The translations under genes were made by a program, and so were the position numbers. Of a stretch of 64,000 bases of DNA, positions 49,614 through 63,772 are shown piece by piece. This DNA comes from Phoronis australis (lineage: Eukaryota > Animalia > Phoronida): contig NMRA01000017.1 in assembly GCA_002633005.1 (NCBI GenBank), positions 655,587-719,586 on the forward strand. Direction: 5' to 3'. Each line of letters starts with the position of its first letter. Within the stretch, counting starts at the first letter, position 1. Below the pieces are notes generated by a model, which was not told the DNA's origin, ran no database searches, and saw only the letters and a list, made by a program, of their open reading frames with translations.

Positions 49614-52600
49614 ATGGCTGAGAACATACAAGTAATTCTGTGTACTTTTAGTTTCGCTGATCATCCAGTTTCGCATTTCAAGGCACTGGTCAGATATAGC
49701 GGTCCTTAGGTCGCTTAGAGAACTAGATTTATCCAGGCACCGATCCAGACTCCAGAGTACACGAACAACACTGACCAGACAATAGTCAACTCAACACGTA
49801 GCCAATACTCAGCTCTTAAACAAAGCTGAAGGTCCATCGCAGGGTTTTTACCACTTGTTGAAATCGATACAGAAAAATAATGGGAGGAAAATTGTTTTCA
49901 GTCTGTCAGTACTTACCAAATCAAATTCTCTTTACAATACATCCGGTTATATTTCGCCTCTTTTTACCTTTCTCTAACAATAATGAATTAAATCGTCTGC
50001 CCTCTTCTGTCCTCAGTTTTTGACTCAATGACATCATCTAGTGACCCGATTGCCAGCCAATGAGCCCAGTGAATGCTTTAGTCTAGATAAGTTCACCGGT
50101 AGGTTAAGAAATGCTGAAATGTCTTATTGATGTGACAAGCGAAAAGTAAAAAGTCGAATCCTCGAGTGAATAAGTTCTTTCAGAGGGCTTGATTTCCACG
50201 CAGTTATATTCGCTGTATTATTTCTTAAGATAAATGTGTTCACATGATTGCTGTTTCAACGTGTACAGGTTAATTTTTGATATGCAATTTGAGTGTGATG
50301 TCATGTGTATGTCACTTGATTTTACACACTGTGCCAACTTCCAACCTTATTTAAGGACTAGTTTACCGAGTAGACTACACGTAGCTCCTCTGTTGGCTGA
50401 CGAGAGGCTACAATATACTCCCCATCAGATATTAATTTCATCCCTGCATATTTTAAACGGGCTGTAGTCTAATCCAGTCGCTGAATAATCACTTGAAAAG
50501 TGCTTACTTTTTTAGCAATCCTTTCAAGTTCTATGCGTATCCTGGATGAAGCATGTCTACGGGAATTAGGATTATTTTAGCAAAGAATTCCAACTCCACT
50601 TTTTGGTCACCATTAAATTTTTCACCACACGTGGTAACCATAGTAGGTCACATGGCAATGACATCACGTGAATTACACAAGAGCCTGAGCAGAGCGCATA
50701 ACCTGACCCATGACATTTGGGAATAGTGGTCTGGGAGGATATCAGGAGGAAGTGGTTAGATTTGTATCTCTTGGCCTTTTTGATTGTGAACTGGTGTGAA
50801 TCTGTGCAATCTGAGGGCCCTCTTGGAAGGCAGTGTTATCACTGAAGAGGCCACCCTCATTTTAAATATCACAATGATAAATAACTAAATAAACTTCCTC
50901 AAAATGGCACAGGGAGGGGAAGCTGGAGTGAACCTCGACAAATTTTCATGGATATATGCTTGGTTCTTTCGATGTTATTTGCTTTATTTTGAAATTATTA
51001 ACTTTTTCTGTGGATATGCTATCACCTGTGGTCACAGGCATTGATGCTTAACTTAATATTCATGTAGTGAAAACATAATCTAATAAATTTGAAAAACGAG
51101 TTGTTGGTAGTGAAGATAATTTTTATTTTTGAAAGAATAAGACAGTGTTCTTATAAACGTCACATTACCAAGAATAGTTTTTGTCTTGAACCTGTCTTCA
51201 GGGTGTTATTAATTTTCAAAGAATTAAAATCTACGTCAACATTTAACATTTTGTCTAAATTAAAATTAAAATTTAATACCAAAACTTTGTACTTAGTAAC
51301 TCCCTATTTTTAGTAATTTACAGAGGACGCATCTCACGCCACTGAGTACTGTGAAAGGTGGCGAGAATTGATGATGCCATGTTGATGTTTTGTGTTTATG
51401 ATTATGGATCTCTTCTAAAAACTTTTTTCCAATCCAAATTACATTTGATTTAGAATAACCAGTAATATCTGCATGTAAATCATTACCTTGATTGTCTCTG
51501 CCAAAGAACCTGGAGCCCGTCTGAAATAAATGTTGTATCATTTGCATGCTTAACTAACTGTGAATGCTGATCAAGGATGATAAATAAATCCATGAAAGCT
51601 GATTTTCCAAAAGCAAGTAGCTTACCATCCAAACTCTCTTTGGAGGCTAATTACAGCATCAATTTGCTATTTACCTTGTGTGGAACACATCTGGTACATT
51701 TATGATTGCAGTGTTATTTTTCAGAATGTGGAAGAGCTAGTTACGTTTTTGGTGTCAATGGGGTTCGACCTTGATGATAGCCATGAAGCAGTGCAAGCTG
51801 GGAAATTCAGTGTACAGGAAGCTGTGGAATGGTGGGTAATGTGGGCAAGCGTAAGAGAGTCTATGTTCATTAGGCTGTTAGTATGAATGAATTTGCTATC
51901 TGAATCTTTCTCAATGTTTTTCATGGTATACATAAGTACCTAAGCCCTTGCATTTGTGCAGGTAGAAATATAGTTATGTTTCTGTACCGAGACGGTCTGT
52001 ATTACGATATGAGCCTCTACTATTGCCCATCGTCTCACATCCATCTTAAGAGGTTTGTCATTGCTACAGTTCCTTGATTTGGATTGAATTGTGTTAACAA
52101 AATTTTCTTACATGTTCCTGTTTTGTACTTACTTCCGACCTTTTGAAACTGATTATTTGTGACTGGAAGTCATCCTTTTATTGCTTTTTACGGGTCTATT
52201 TAATTGGTATTTATCATGTGAATATTTAGCTTTTCAAGTGCAACACAATATTTCTTGTGCTTAGCAATCTAATCATTTTCTCATAGCAAGGAATTATGTA
52301 CAAAGTATTCCATCTTCTTTTTTACACACTTTTAGGATATTGGCTGGAAAACCGGGAGCAGTACAGACAAGACATGTGCCTTCCTTATCTCTCAGGCCTG
52401 TGAGTAAGCCAAATTGAATGTCATTTATCATCACCTTCAATGATGTCATACACAATAGCAGAGTTCCTATGTATTTCAGAATCCCAAAAATTTTGCAAGA
52501 ATCTTTACAGGAATAATCTCCACTAATCTGTTTTTTCCTCATGTGATTGTGGAGAATCCCAGCAGATTCTGTAGACCCTACAGTCAGGCATTGAAACTGC

Positions 52601-55600
52601 CAATGTTGGACATTCTGTTCCAAAGTAACAGTGCTTTAACCCACCGTTAGTGAAATAGCCTTTTCAGCATAAGACAACATATGACGCATGAAATGTCCTC
52701 TATTTCCACAACATGTTATTTGGCAGTTCTGATTGAGCCAATGAGACTGTCTTGCCACCTGATGACTGGTTTTTGCAGTGGGATTTCGAAGTCACGAATA
52801 TGTACTGACATTAATGCCTAAATGTGAAAAAATCTTAATATGCATTTTAACATATCCTTAAAAGATAAATAGGTGACTAAATGCCACTCAACAAATCGTG
52901 AAAAGTATATTGTGTGAGCAAAATATTGGCAACTCAAAATTTTGGCTACTCAAAATATTGACTCCTCAAAATATTGGCTCCTCAAATTATTGACATCTCG
53001 ATTAGTGTGTATATGATTTGATGTCTTCTTTATATTTTGTAATAAAACTTAAAAAATAACGGCTTCTATTTCTGTTGTTTAGAATCAAGCAAGTGCAATG
53101 GCGGAAGGATCCAACCCATTCGTGAACCCTGTTGTGTTAAATGCTCCCGAGTTGGTAACAGATAATACTGAGGTGCCAATAGAGACCTCTGTTGTCAGTC
53201 GCAGTCACCTAAGCGACGAACAAAGAGAGATTAAGGAACGTTTTGAACGGAAACAAAGGGAAGAGGCTAAGAAGAAAGCTAGAGAAGAAAAAATGCAAGC
53301 TCGCAAGGTATTGCATGCAAGTCACAATAATTAAGTTGACATTTTCTTCTGTTTTTATTACCCATTTGTAATATTTGAATTGACATTCTTCTTTTTTTAT
53401 ATCTTCAGTACAAAACTGTACTAGCTTTCAACTGATCTTGTATTACCAGGCTCGTGAAGCGGCACTCAAACGGATTGCTGAGGACAGAAGTAAACAGAAG
53501 GTTCGAAAGACATCAGATACAGAAACCGAAGTTAAGCCCTCAGTCTCAAATCCTGAACGTGTTGCCGAGATGGACAACAGGTCCCAACAGGCTGCGCTTC
53601 AGGTTTGCATCATTTGTAATGTATCACATGACACGCGGAATGGCATAGTTATTGGTAGTTTTGTTATGCGGGCACCCTGCTAATGATGTGAGACACGATA
53701 TTCACTAAATGTTGACAATTAAGAAAAATGCTTTTGTTATCTGAATAAAATGAGAACAGAAAAATGATAACCCGCATAACGACGTTCGTAGAACAAGGGT
53801 TACACATGACCACCTGAATTCATGTTTTTAAATCATTGGTTCACCAGTGCCACCTAGTGACTGTTGGGCTGTCGTTGGTGATTCCTTCCTGTAGAAGGTG
53901 GATTAGAACCCAAAATACCGTCTCGTTTGCAATTCTGACTCTAGTTTAACTCAACATTTAAATACTGTTTTGCTTTTCAGTTTCGTCTTCCCGATGGTCG
54001 CACACTGCGTCACACTTTCACTGCAAACTCTACTCTGGAGGATGTGTTCAAGTTTTTGAAAGAAAAACGTGTGGATGTGGACAACACAATACTTATACAG
54101 GTTGGACAATTTCAGTTTTTAAATTTCAGTGTCATTTCAAATAACTTTACTAGAAAATTCTCTTTGGTTTAACTAGTTCATGAATATGTTTGTCTGAAGG
54201 CAGTCACATGTCCACTGTTCATGTAATGAACTTTGACCTCTTGTTAGAGTTGCACCTGTCTTTCATCTGTGAACTGTTTCATTACTCGCTGTCGTTGGTT
54301 TTAGCCATTTCCTAGACACGAGTTCTCGTCGGAGGAGATATCCCAGTCATTAAGTCAGTTACACCTGGTTCCAAATGGCTCGCTAGTTGTAAAGATGGTG
54401 GAGAAACCAGCACAGGACAAGAAAAGTAGGTGGTATGAGACTGAGTGAGCATCTGTTGATGGATGGCTTTAGGCTAGAACTTGGAGAGCATGGGTCTCCC
54501 CACTCTGGCTGCCAAACAAAAGTAAGAATAGTGAAAAAGTCTGTGGACGTGGATTTTAGATACCAAAACATTACCCCAGGGTTCAGGATTTGACATGACA
54601 TTTCATAGAAAGCTTCAATCATCTTTTGCTTGGGGTTGAAAGATGGTTCTTACCATGAGTGATGCAGAGGGAGTTGTTCATAACAAATTCCACTTTCCTA
54701 GGAATTTGCTGCAGTGTTAAAACTGAAGATTGAAATGTATTTTGTCTATGCATACAAGGAAGATGTGTGTATGGTACCGTAATGAGGGGATTGTCATTAG
54801 TCAACCAAAACTGATCATTATCTGCGTTCGCACAAGTATATGCTTTGCTACATAGTTACCGTCAGAGGTCCTAAAGTCGTGAGTGCCCTAAAGTCGTGAA
54901 CGATCTTATTTCCTCTTCTGCGCGGTCCTGCGACATCTGGCATTGAAGTTTCCAGCGTTCGTCTGCTTACGAACGTCAAACGAGTACCCGGACGTGTTCG
55001 TATTCACAATTTGATAACAAACAGTGAGTGAGTGGCTTCTTTTTTCAAATGTATCTTAAAAACAGCATATTCCACTAATTCACTTTTTTGAGCATTTTGG
55101 GATATATTTTCGGAAATATTTATCGTGCAGATTTACTCAAACACGCGCTCCAGGGGTAGCTTGAACAATGTATCAAAATGTCCCAGGGTCGATCAAGTTT
55201 TGTAAGGCCAAAACAATAAAATACAGAGCGATAATTGATGCTGGGTTCTTAGCGTTTTACGTGAACAACCTCATTGGAAACGACTGTGCACATCAGAGTT
55301 GGGTGCAAAACTTATAACAATTTATTTCAATTGAAACTGAATTAATAAAAAATGCAATGCATTTTTATGTCATCTAGAGTAACTGTAAGCTCTGTAGTTG
55401 ACTTGTGTGGTCATACTTCGTGCATTTCCGTCTAAACAAAACGTTCACGACTTTAGGGCCTCATTCAAAATGGCCGGCGATATCAGCGACAGTTTTAAAA
55501 CTCTGCTTACGGATACAAACAAGGATTAAGATTGTCAAAACACGTATATTTGTGAAGGTTGATATATGTCCATGACATCACATGAGCAGTTGCAAACGGA

Positions 55601-58600
55601 CACTGGGTAGTATGACAATCAACTGCTTATTATGCTTATATTCACGACTTTAGGTCACCGGTGTATACTTATATTTTTGGAATGTGTTAAACATAGTTTT
55701 GTGTTTAATAATATGTCACTGTTCGGATTTCTGTACTCAAATATTTAATATCCTCAAGAAGGTCACAGAAAATACAGATGGCCTCGTGTCACATTTCAAC
55801 ATTTCAGTGGTGTCTGGAGAAGGGGTAGGAGAATACAATTATTCCTACTACAGGAAAGTGGACTGGGAAAAGGAAGACATAAGTGAGCCAGAAGGTGGAG
55901 CCACTGCAGGTTCATCTCACTCTTGGGGGTCAGGTCAGAAGTTATTGGATGATGCAGTCACATCATCAGAAGGTATGCACTAAATGTGTATGAATTATAA
56001 TTGCTTTTAAAAAGAAGAGTTTGGGCTATTTTTGACAATAATTTTCTAGTTATAGAGTGGGTTCCCTACTGGCGTGACTGTTGTGTTGAGACCCATAATT
56101 TGTTTTAATGGGGAGTCGTTTATTTGAAGTATGGGAGAAGAAATAGTTCAAGTAACTATGTGGTTTAGCCTCATTAACACTTCATATTTTCAGTGATTGT
56201 ACTATATCACCAGGGTGGACCACGCCACTGGTATTTTTGGGAGAAGTTTCGATTGTATCTCAAATTTCTTTTATTTTAGTTTGAATACAGATTTTTCAGT
56301 CTCACATTAATATTTATATTACTGTGTATAGATAGATGGCCATAATTTCACTAATGTTGCACAACTATTACAGCGAAGTTGATTTCTGGTTGTCAAACGT
56401 TTTTACTCATAGATAAAGTACTAGAAATATTGTAAGCCAACTTTTCACAATGGTTCCTTGTAGATGAGCCAAAAGAAAATTGCATCAAAAAACCAAACCC
56501 AGTCTCAACTTCTCATTTGCCAGGTCCTGTAGTCATGGAAGTACCTGGCCAATCTCCTCCAAGCAACCCAGTCTTCCAGCAAATAAACCAGCAAGACCCG
56601 TTTGACTTCGCTCCACCTCAGAACCCTTTCCAAGCCTTTGTGGAGCACCAACAGTCACAACCAGGTACAGTTCACCCTCATGTCAGACTAACAATAATTG
56701 ATCATCATTGATAGCATCATTCAGGGAAATACCAGTTTCGTTCTCAGATAACAGTGGCAGATCTACATTTTCAGTAAGGGGGGGTTAGGATTCGCGTGAA
56801 TCCGAGGCTTGTACCGCCGAGTGGGGGTTTCCCCTTCCCGTGTAAGAATTTTTTTGGTTTGTGTACCTGATTTTGTTTTCCTGGCGACATTTTTTTAAAA
56901 AATTTTTGTTTTTGATCCTGTTTCGGGAGGGTGGGGGGGGGGGTTAAACCCCCTNTTAAACCCCCTGAACCCCTCCCCCCCTCCCCATAGATCTGCCTCT
57001 GGATAAGAACTTATCTGAATTATCACAATGCACAGTACAGATTGCGTGATAAATTAATTCAACGGTATGAATTCTTATCAACCATTTAATATCATATCAT
57101 ACCTTTCATATGCATTCATAGAAATGGTTTATGTGAATTCACATAAAAACATTAATTTGGGACACAGTACGGTGGACAAGTGAATTTTAAAATTTTTTTA
57201 TTTACACAGTAGCTATAGTCAGTTGAATTTTTCTGAGAAATGTTCGACATTCAAACCATTGTTAGAAACCTTTGAAGGATGAAAAAGATCAATATTCTCA
57301 GTAATTTATGTCTGAAATTGGTAATATTTCTTTCATGTCCTGTTTGTTTCAGGAGGTGCCTTTGTTGGTGAGGGTCATCAGCTGGTGGATAATGCACATG
57401 TTCATCACACCAAAGTGGCGGTGCAGTTGGCAAGTAAGACAGTCTTCTTGGCACAGTCAGTCTGTGGATATTTTATGATAACGATATCGATGTTGAACAT
57501 CTTAATGTTTATTTTNCTATATGTAATGCCTATTTGTAAAAGTGAAGCTGAGCCTCATTTTCATAACAAAATTAGACGTTAATTTTGACCACTTGCTGAT
57601 ATGTAATTGGTCTCAAATTGTTCCTTTGTCAACTAGATGTGATTTCAGGGCTTCAGAAGAACCAACAGTTCATTATTTCTTGAGACCAGTCTGGTCTGCA
57701 TATAGGCTTGTCATGGCTTGTCATGGTGGGCCATTTTATGCACTGAGCACCATCTCAAGGAATAACTAAATGTCAACTCTTTACAAACCCAGAAGCCACT
57801 TTTCATCTGAGTAAAGATTGATTCTAATTGTATAGCGGTGTGTGGTCTAAATCAAAAGTTTGCTTCTTCGGATGGATTAAAGTTTTCTAGACACTTCAAG
57901 TATTATAAAGGTCTGCACAATACTGGTTTACATAATCAGTACCCATGCACAAACTGTAACTCCATCTGGTGTTAGGTCATGGAACAGTACCATTTCCTGC
58001 CATAATGCATTTGGCATATCAATTTCAACTGATTTAATTAATTCTTTTGCAATGACTTGTCCAGAACTACCCCCAAATCTGTGTGAAGAACCAGGTGAGA
58101 CTTTATGGTCAGTGGTCCCATTCAAAGTCTTTTTTTAAGACCGAAAATGACTGACAGTGGGTACATAGCAGGTTTAATTATTTGCTAATAAACAATCAAA
58201 TCTCAGCGAATAATTTTATGAAATGAACAGGAAATGCATTATGGAAAGAACTATGACCTGTTTATGGTGTTTTTCAGGAGAAGCAGCGTATCAGCGGTTT
58301 GGGCAAGCCCCTGCACCCCAGGAACCTGACCCGGACTCTACACTGACCGCCAGAATTTACGAGGTGACCTCTTTACTGGCTCTGTGTCTTAAACATGTTC
58401 AAGGTATGATGTATGCATTGTATGATTTTGGTAAATATACCTCATGACTTTTGATAAATTTATTGAAAAAAATTAGAGTAAATTATGAAAAAAGACCTTT
58501 TTAGACATGAAAAGGTGTCTGGATACAGTAATTACATAACATTTTGCGTGCTATCTATTTGTATTGCCTTGTTGTAGAAATGCTAAAATTTTTGCTTGAA

Positions 58601-61600
58601 TACGTTAAAGTGTTGTGGGTTCAGAACACCAGTATTAGAAAGTTGGAATATTATTATAGTCCATCAAAGTTTTCTACAAAGATAAATGAAAGGGAGTTTT
58701 TCATAACTTGTTTATATTTTATATCATTATTACTAAGATGTGTACTTTACAGTAAGTTGTCATTTTGAATATTTGTGACCACGAGGCAAACTATCGTAGG
58801 ATGGAAAATAATAATAATAATTTGGGACTTTAGAACTTGATTGAGGTAATTTTATCATGGGTTGTATTTTCTGATTGACCCTTGTACCAATCCACGGCTA
58901 GGACCAGGCTCAGGGGAGCAGGAGACATTTGTACAACACCCGTAGCAAACATCTGACGTATAACTTTTTTCTTTGGGAAAGCTTGACAAGGATTTTCGTT
59001 TGACCCAATTTCAAAAGTCTGGTGAGCAAGATGAGTCAAGTTGACAAAACACGTTTTCATTCATCCGTGCACTTTTTGCAACTTTGGGCATTTCTGCACG
59101 ATTCATTTTAAAAAACTACTTCACAACCGTGTCAATTTTTATGGCATGTTGATTGACAGGAAATCTTTCTGCCCAGCAGGTATCCATTCAAATCCAGGTG
59201 AAGTGCAGGTGGTGCTTAACCAAGTATTGTATCACGTCTCCATAAACTGTTTATTTCATTGCCATTTTATGGAAAAATGGCCTCGCAATAAGTCACGCTG
59301 TTCTTTTATGGGAAACTAAAAACAAGGTAATATTTGAAACAACCATTCTGTGTAGGCCGCCTTCTTGACCCCCGATGTCCCCACGTGTCACTCTCTGGAC
59401 TGCCACTAGATGTCGCTGACAAACTCATAGCTCACTTGATCAAGGAGAAAGTACTGAAGCCTAAATCACTCCAACATTTTATTCCATGGTAAGAACACAA
59501 AAGAAAATAGTTTGATGGAGGCCTTTGAAAGGTTTTCAGAAACTTAAAGTGGAACTTGCATGCTAATTCCTTATCTCTGTGATTGCTTGGCTAAAGTAGT
59601 TAGAAACACAACATATAGCAATGATGTGATTATGAAGTGGGTTGAAAGTCGCCAAATGTTGTTAAGAATGAGTTTTGCGTTGAAAATGATCCACCGGAAA
59701 TCCCTCAACCATGTCCAATAAGTATTGTGACGTGGTGCTGGGGAATAACACTGCATGATGCGGGTTATGTGAGCCCCCAAGGTACGTCATTAGTGTAGAG
59801 GTCACCTATCAGCAGAATTTTTTGTTTTCACATTTACAAATTGTCAATAAATAAAATTGCACTTTGTTTAGCATACGTTATGTTCAATTAGCGTTGTCCT
59901 GCTATACATTAGCATAGTTAGGATCATGCAAATACATCTTTTATTAGTGGAAAATTGTTACAATTGCAATTTCCTCTTGGCTTTGTAACGACTTACATAA
60001 TTTATTTACGAAAGACCTAATGTAGACTGTTATATAAATAGTTTTTACATATTGTTTACATTGCCTCTTCTTTAGCTAGCTGCTAGTTAGTACTTATCTA
60101 TAAGATTTTAAGTTAACATAGCAAATTAGAAATAAATTTGTTCTTGAACATATGGCAACTAGTTATTGGTGGTACACTCTTCTTGACCAGTGTCAAATTA
60201 CTTGTTACCTTTGGTTGAGATGAGGTCACCCTGTTCTCAACGTGTATACTGGTTTCTATATTCATCTATTCTTAGTTCATTCTCCTTAGTAATAACGTCT
60301 AAAAAGACTCATTCTGTCATCTTACTATACATTTTCCTTGAGGGGTTTATTGTCTGATTGTTGTCAAAATTATTTCTGTTGAAACGTTTTGTCCACTGAG
60401 AATATGAGTTGGATCATTTTGATGCCTGCTTTCAGCCGCCTCCGCAGTCTGGTGCTAGACAGTTACCCCTATACGACTAACGAGTTGCTGTCTTCTCTCA
60501 GGTAATAGTTTGAGTGACACATAACACAAAATGGTCGAGATGCAATCTTAGGAACTTTAATGACGAATAACTGGACACGCTATCATCACCGAGTTGAATA
60601 GACTGGTCTGTCAAACAAGTGGAAGTTAGAGTGATTACAAACTCCTTGATTTATTTCATTAGGCAGCTCTTATGTTAACATCATAAGCTTAATGTGTATG
60701 GGGTTGAAATTGCACGGCGTCTGCCGAACAAAGATTTGCAGTTTGCTTTGTTTGCCAGTAGTTGAGCTGGCTACTTGCGATGGTCAACCATGACGAAGTT
60801 GCATTGTGCGTATGAGTCCTAAAACATCTTGAACTTTAAACTTATGATATCTTGGTTTTATGTGAGTTGCTTTCCTGTTAAAAGTTATTGACTCACAAAC
60901 CATAGTGCTACCATTGGTTTGAAAACAGAACTTGGTTATGGTGCTGATGTTGCCTCAGAGTTTTTTTGTGAAGAATCCAATCGCCAGAACAGTTTGTTCA
61001 AATTTCAGGTCTTGAAATTTTCCTCTTTTAAGAGGATTTCCTCTTTTGGTTTTGATTTTCGACTTATTACTTGGCGGAATTCTTCGAATTCCGACAAGTA
61101 TGTTGCTCTGTCGTCATGTTTTTTTTTGTTCGCACTCTACAGGTCGCAATTTTCGTCCGATTCTCACGAAATTTGCGCACAACATGTAGATCAGAAAATC
61201 CTGGAAGCCTATTGTTTTTGGTCATGATCGGATTCAAAATGGCGGAAGTGGCGGCCATTTTGTTTCCAATTTCACAGTCAAATGCTCGTAGAGGCCGCAT
61301 TTTTCGACGTACAGGGCTGAAACATGGTACGATTATTATAGAACGCATGTGCTACATCTATGTCGAAAATCGTTGACTTCCGGTCAAAGATGGCGGAAAT
61401 ATTGGAAGTGGCGCATGCGCACCCCGATATCTGGCCAAAAACATTTTCTCCTCTAGAGGGCACATTTGCGAACCAATCAGTTTCAAACTGGTCATGTGTT
61501 TGTTGCTATTAATAAGCTTTTATAAAATTTTGTTTAACCGGAAGTCACTTTCAAGATGACGGCTGTGGCGCATGGTCACACGTTTTCAATCGTTCTGCTG

Positions 61601-63569
61601 CCGCGTTTTTAACAGGAAGAGCAAATGATGTGAATTTTTGCATGTAGATTCCTTGAAGTATGCTCTTTCAAAAAGTCTGTGAGAGTGTACTTCTCAGACT
61701 TACCGTTTTAGAGTTATTTGACTTTGAATTTCAAAAAAAAACAGCAAAATTTCAAAAAGTTATGAAATGTTGCGAAACGTTCAAGTAAGATAGAGTTGTG
61801 AATGGGCTTTCAGAAGATATTTTCCATTTTTCGCTACGACGTCTACTTTTTGAATTATTCGAGATTTTCTGTTCGTTTGGTCTCCGTTGCATTACCAATG
61901 CAAGCACACGCAGCTGGCCGGCTCTCTTTTGTTTTGGTTATGCCTGTACAGGTTGACCCCAAATGACCCAGCTAGCATCGTCCGATTGTAGACTGGTTTG
62001 TTGACCCCGAATGACCCACCTAGCACTGTTCCTTGGATCGTTTATGCTGCTCTGATGTAGGTTTAGCTTTGTTGAGCCGTGTCCGTTATGTTGCGCCATC
62101 TATTGTTTTTTTATTTTGATTAAATGCTCTCTTTTCTTGCCATGTATATTAACCGATCAGAAATCTGTACAGTTCGATAGAATTTTAAACGGGCTTTCAT
62201 AAGATATTTTTCATTTCTCGCTAGTCGTCATGATCGTCGTCGTCGTCCTCCCCACCGTCCTGTTTTCGCGTAATTTTGCCAAGTGTCGCTCCTCCGAGCG
62301 CTCTCGTTTAATTTTTATTTAATTTTAATTAGTTTTCTTTTTTTTTGTCTCTTTTTTATTATTATTTAGACTTTATGCGTACGTTTATTTCAATTAAAGT
62401 TTACTACACAAATAAACATTTCTATCACACAAGCCTATTTATTTATGGAATGATACATCACCTGGAAAATTTTCTTATTTTTTTTGTCATAGGTCATTCC
62501 AAGCCTTGAAATTTAATTGATTGTGTGATTACAAAGTGTGGATTTATTTGTTGTTTTTGAAATTTACTAAGTTAAAATCATGAATCTAAGACTGGTGTGA
62601 CTCACCAAGTGTATTCACTGCTGTCCTGCCAATTTCAGGTATCACACAAATTTGACCCACCTGAGCCTGGCCGGTTGTTCACTCATAACAGACAAGGGAC
62701 TGACACCTCTTACAGGTAGCTATAATACCAACTGTTTGATATTTTACGATACGGTTAAGGTCTGTTAAAAGTTTTGCTAATAACCAATACTTCCAAGTAG
62801 AGCACAAAGGAATAGTTTTGATTTCTTGTTCAGTGCACTAGTTGACATTTGAAGTGATTTGAACCGTTTTGTATCACACAGCTCCTTGACACTGGTCAAC
62901 TTATTTGTTTACCCTCGTCCTAGAAAGCATTTATTTGTTTACCTTTCTGATACAAATTGGTTATTTCCACCTGTTCTCAAGAAAATTTAAGGAATTCGCC
63001 GCTGTATTGTACTATAGTTTTAACAATGATGACACTTGATATTGTTACTTGCTAGAAGATGGGGGTAACTAACTGTGTTTATGGAAGTCATTTGATGAAG
63101 CTATTTTTTAATCACAGTCATTACGGTTAGTAGAGTAAGTAACTCTAGTTAAAATGGTATCAAATTTTGTACTCTGGAACTGTGCTGACTAATGAATAAT
63201 GGATTCTCTATAAGTATTGATGTGTTGTTTGATGTATGTATTGTATATACTGTATTTTCCCTTTCAATGTATATGTGTGTGTATATTCATTAACAGTATT
63301 ACCATTTACTAATAAATTGTAATGTTGAATATTCTTAGGTTGTTATCACAGTCTGCATATAATTGTGTATTGGTTTAGTAGACTAAACGTATACAGTTTA
63401 CTAATAGAGTCTTGAATTTAAGTTAAAAGTTCGACATTGGAGAAGAACCTTTTTATTCCATCCATTTAATGTCAACCTTTGTTTTATTTTTCAGTTTTGT
63501 CCAAATTGAAATCTATCAACCTTTCTGGGTGCAAACACATCACTGATGGTTGTTTTGATGTCATCAGAG
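49614..63569 (+). CDS. UBA-coiled coil-UBX-SHP-SHP-(BC/Cul2-box-like)-LRR protein; 3'-partial (at least 577 aa)
   Basis: Phase-consistent exons 49614-49631 (tentative MAENIQ), 51725-51831, 52336-52399, 53083-53307, 53450-53602, 53981-54100, 54305-54425, 55808-55972, 56464-56664, 57353-57433, 58278-58403, 59356-59488, 60436-60501, 62639-62715, 63495-63569. UBA: LVSMGF...VQEAVEWI. UBX: FRLPDG...PFPRHEF...LVPNGSLVV. LRRs: LTHLSLAGCSLITDKGL, LKSINLSGCKHITDGCF. Confidence 0.88.
52918..52993. repeat. Short tandem repeat, 16-bp unit x~4.5
   Basis: CAAAATATTGGCNNCT-like units. Confidence 0.75.
54859..55663. mobile_element. Tc1/mariner-like non-autonomous element with repeated subterminal motif
   Basis: CCTAAAGTCGTGA twice at the left end; TCACGACTTTAGG at ~55445 and ~55642. 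TA flanks both inferred ends; the outermost bases match imperfectly. Confidence 0.62.
56752..57001. mobile_element. MITE, 14-bp TIR, 5-bp TSD GATAA
   Basis: GATAA|CAGTGGCAGATCTA ... TAGATCTGCCTCTG|GATAA. Confidence 0.85.
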
Positions 63570-63772
63570 GTGAGAGGGAGTATCACACAGAGTGAACAAA
63601 AGGTGGCGCCGCAGTATTGCAGTGTTAAGCCCTGTTTGCATTTCTGTGTTGACATATCTGTTTAGTTTCATTATAATTTTGGTTAAAGTGCATCAGAATC
63701 ATATTGCATTATTAACAAGTTACAGTATAATGTCTTCAATTCCAAGCAAAATAATTACCTAAATTGTCATTT

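Noticed and set aside
53450-53490. VIM motif in AREAALKR
   Set aside because: Spacing does not fit Rx5AAx2R; better explained as the UBXN1-like coiled coil.
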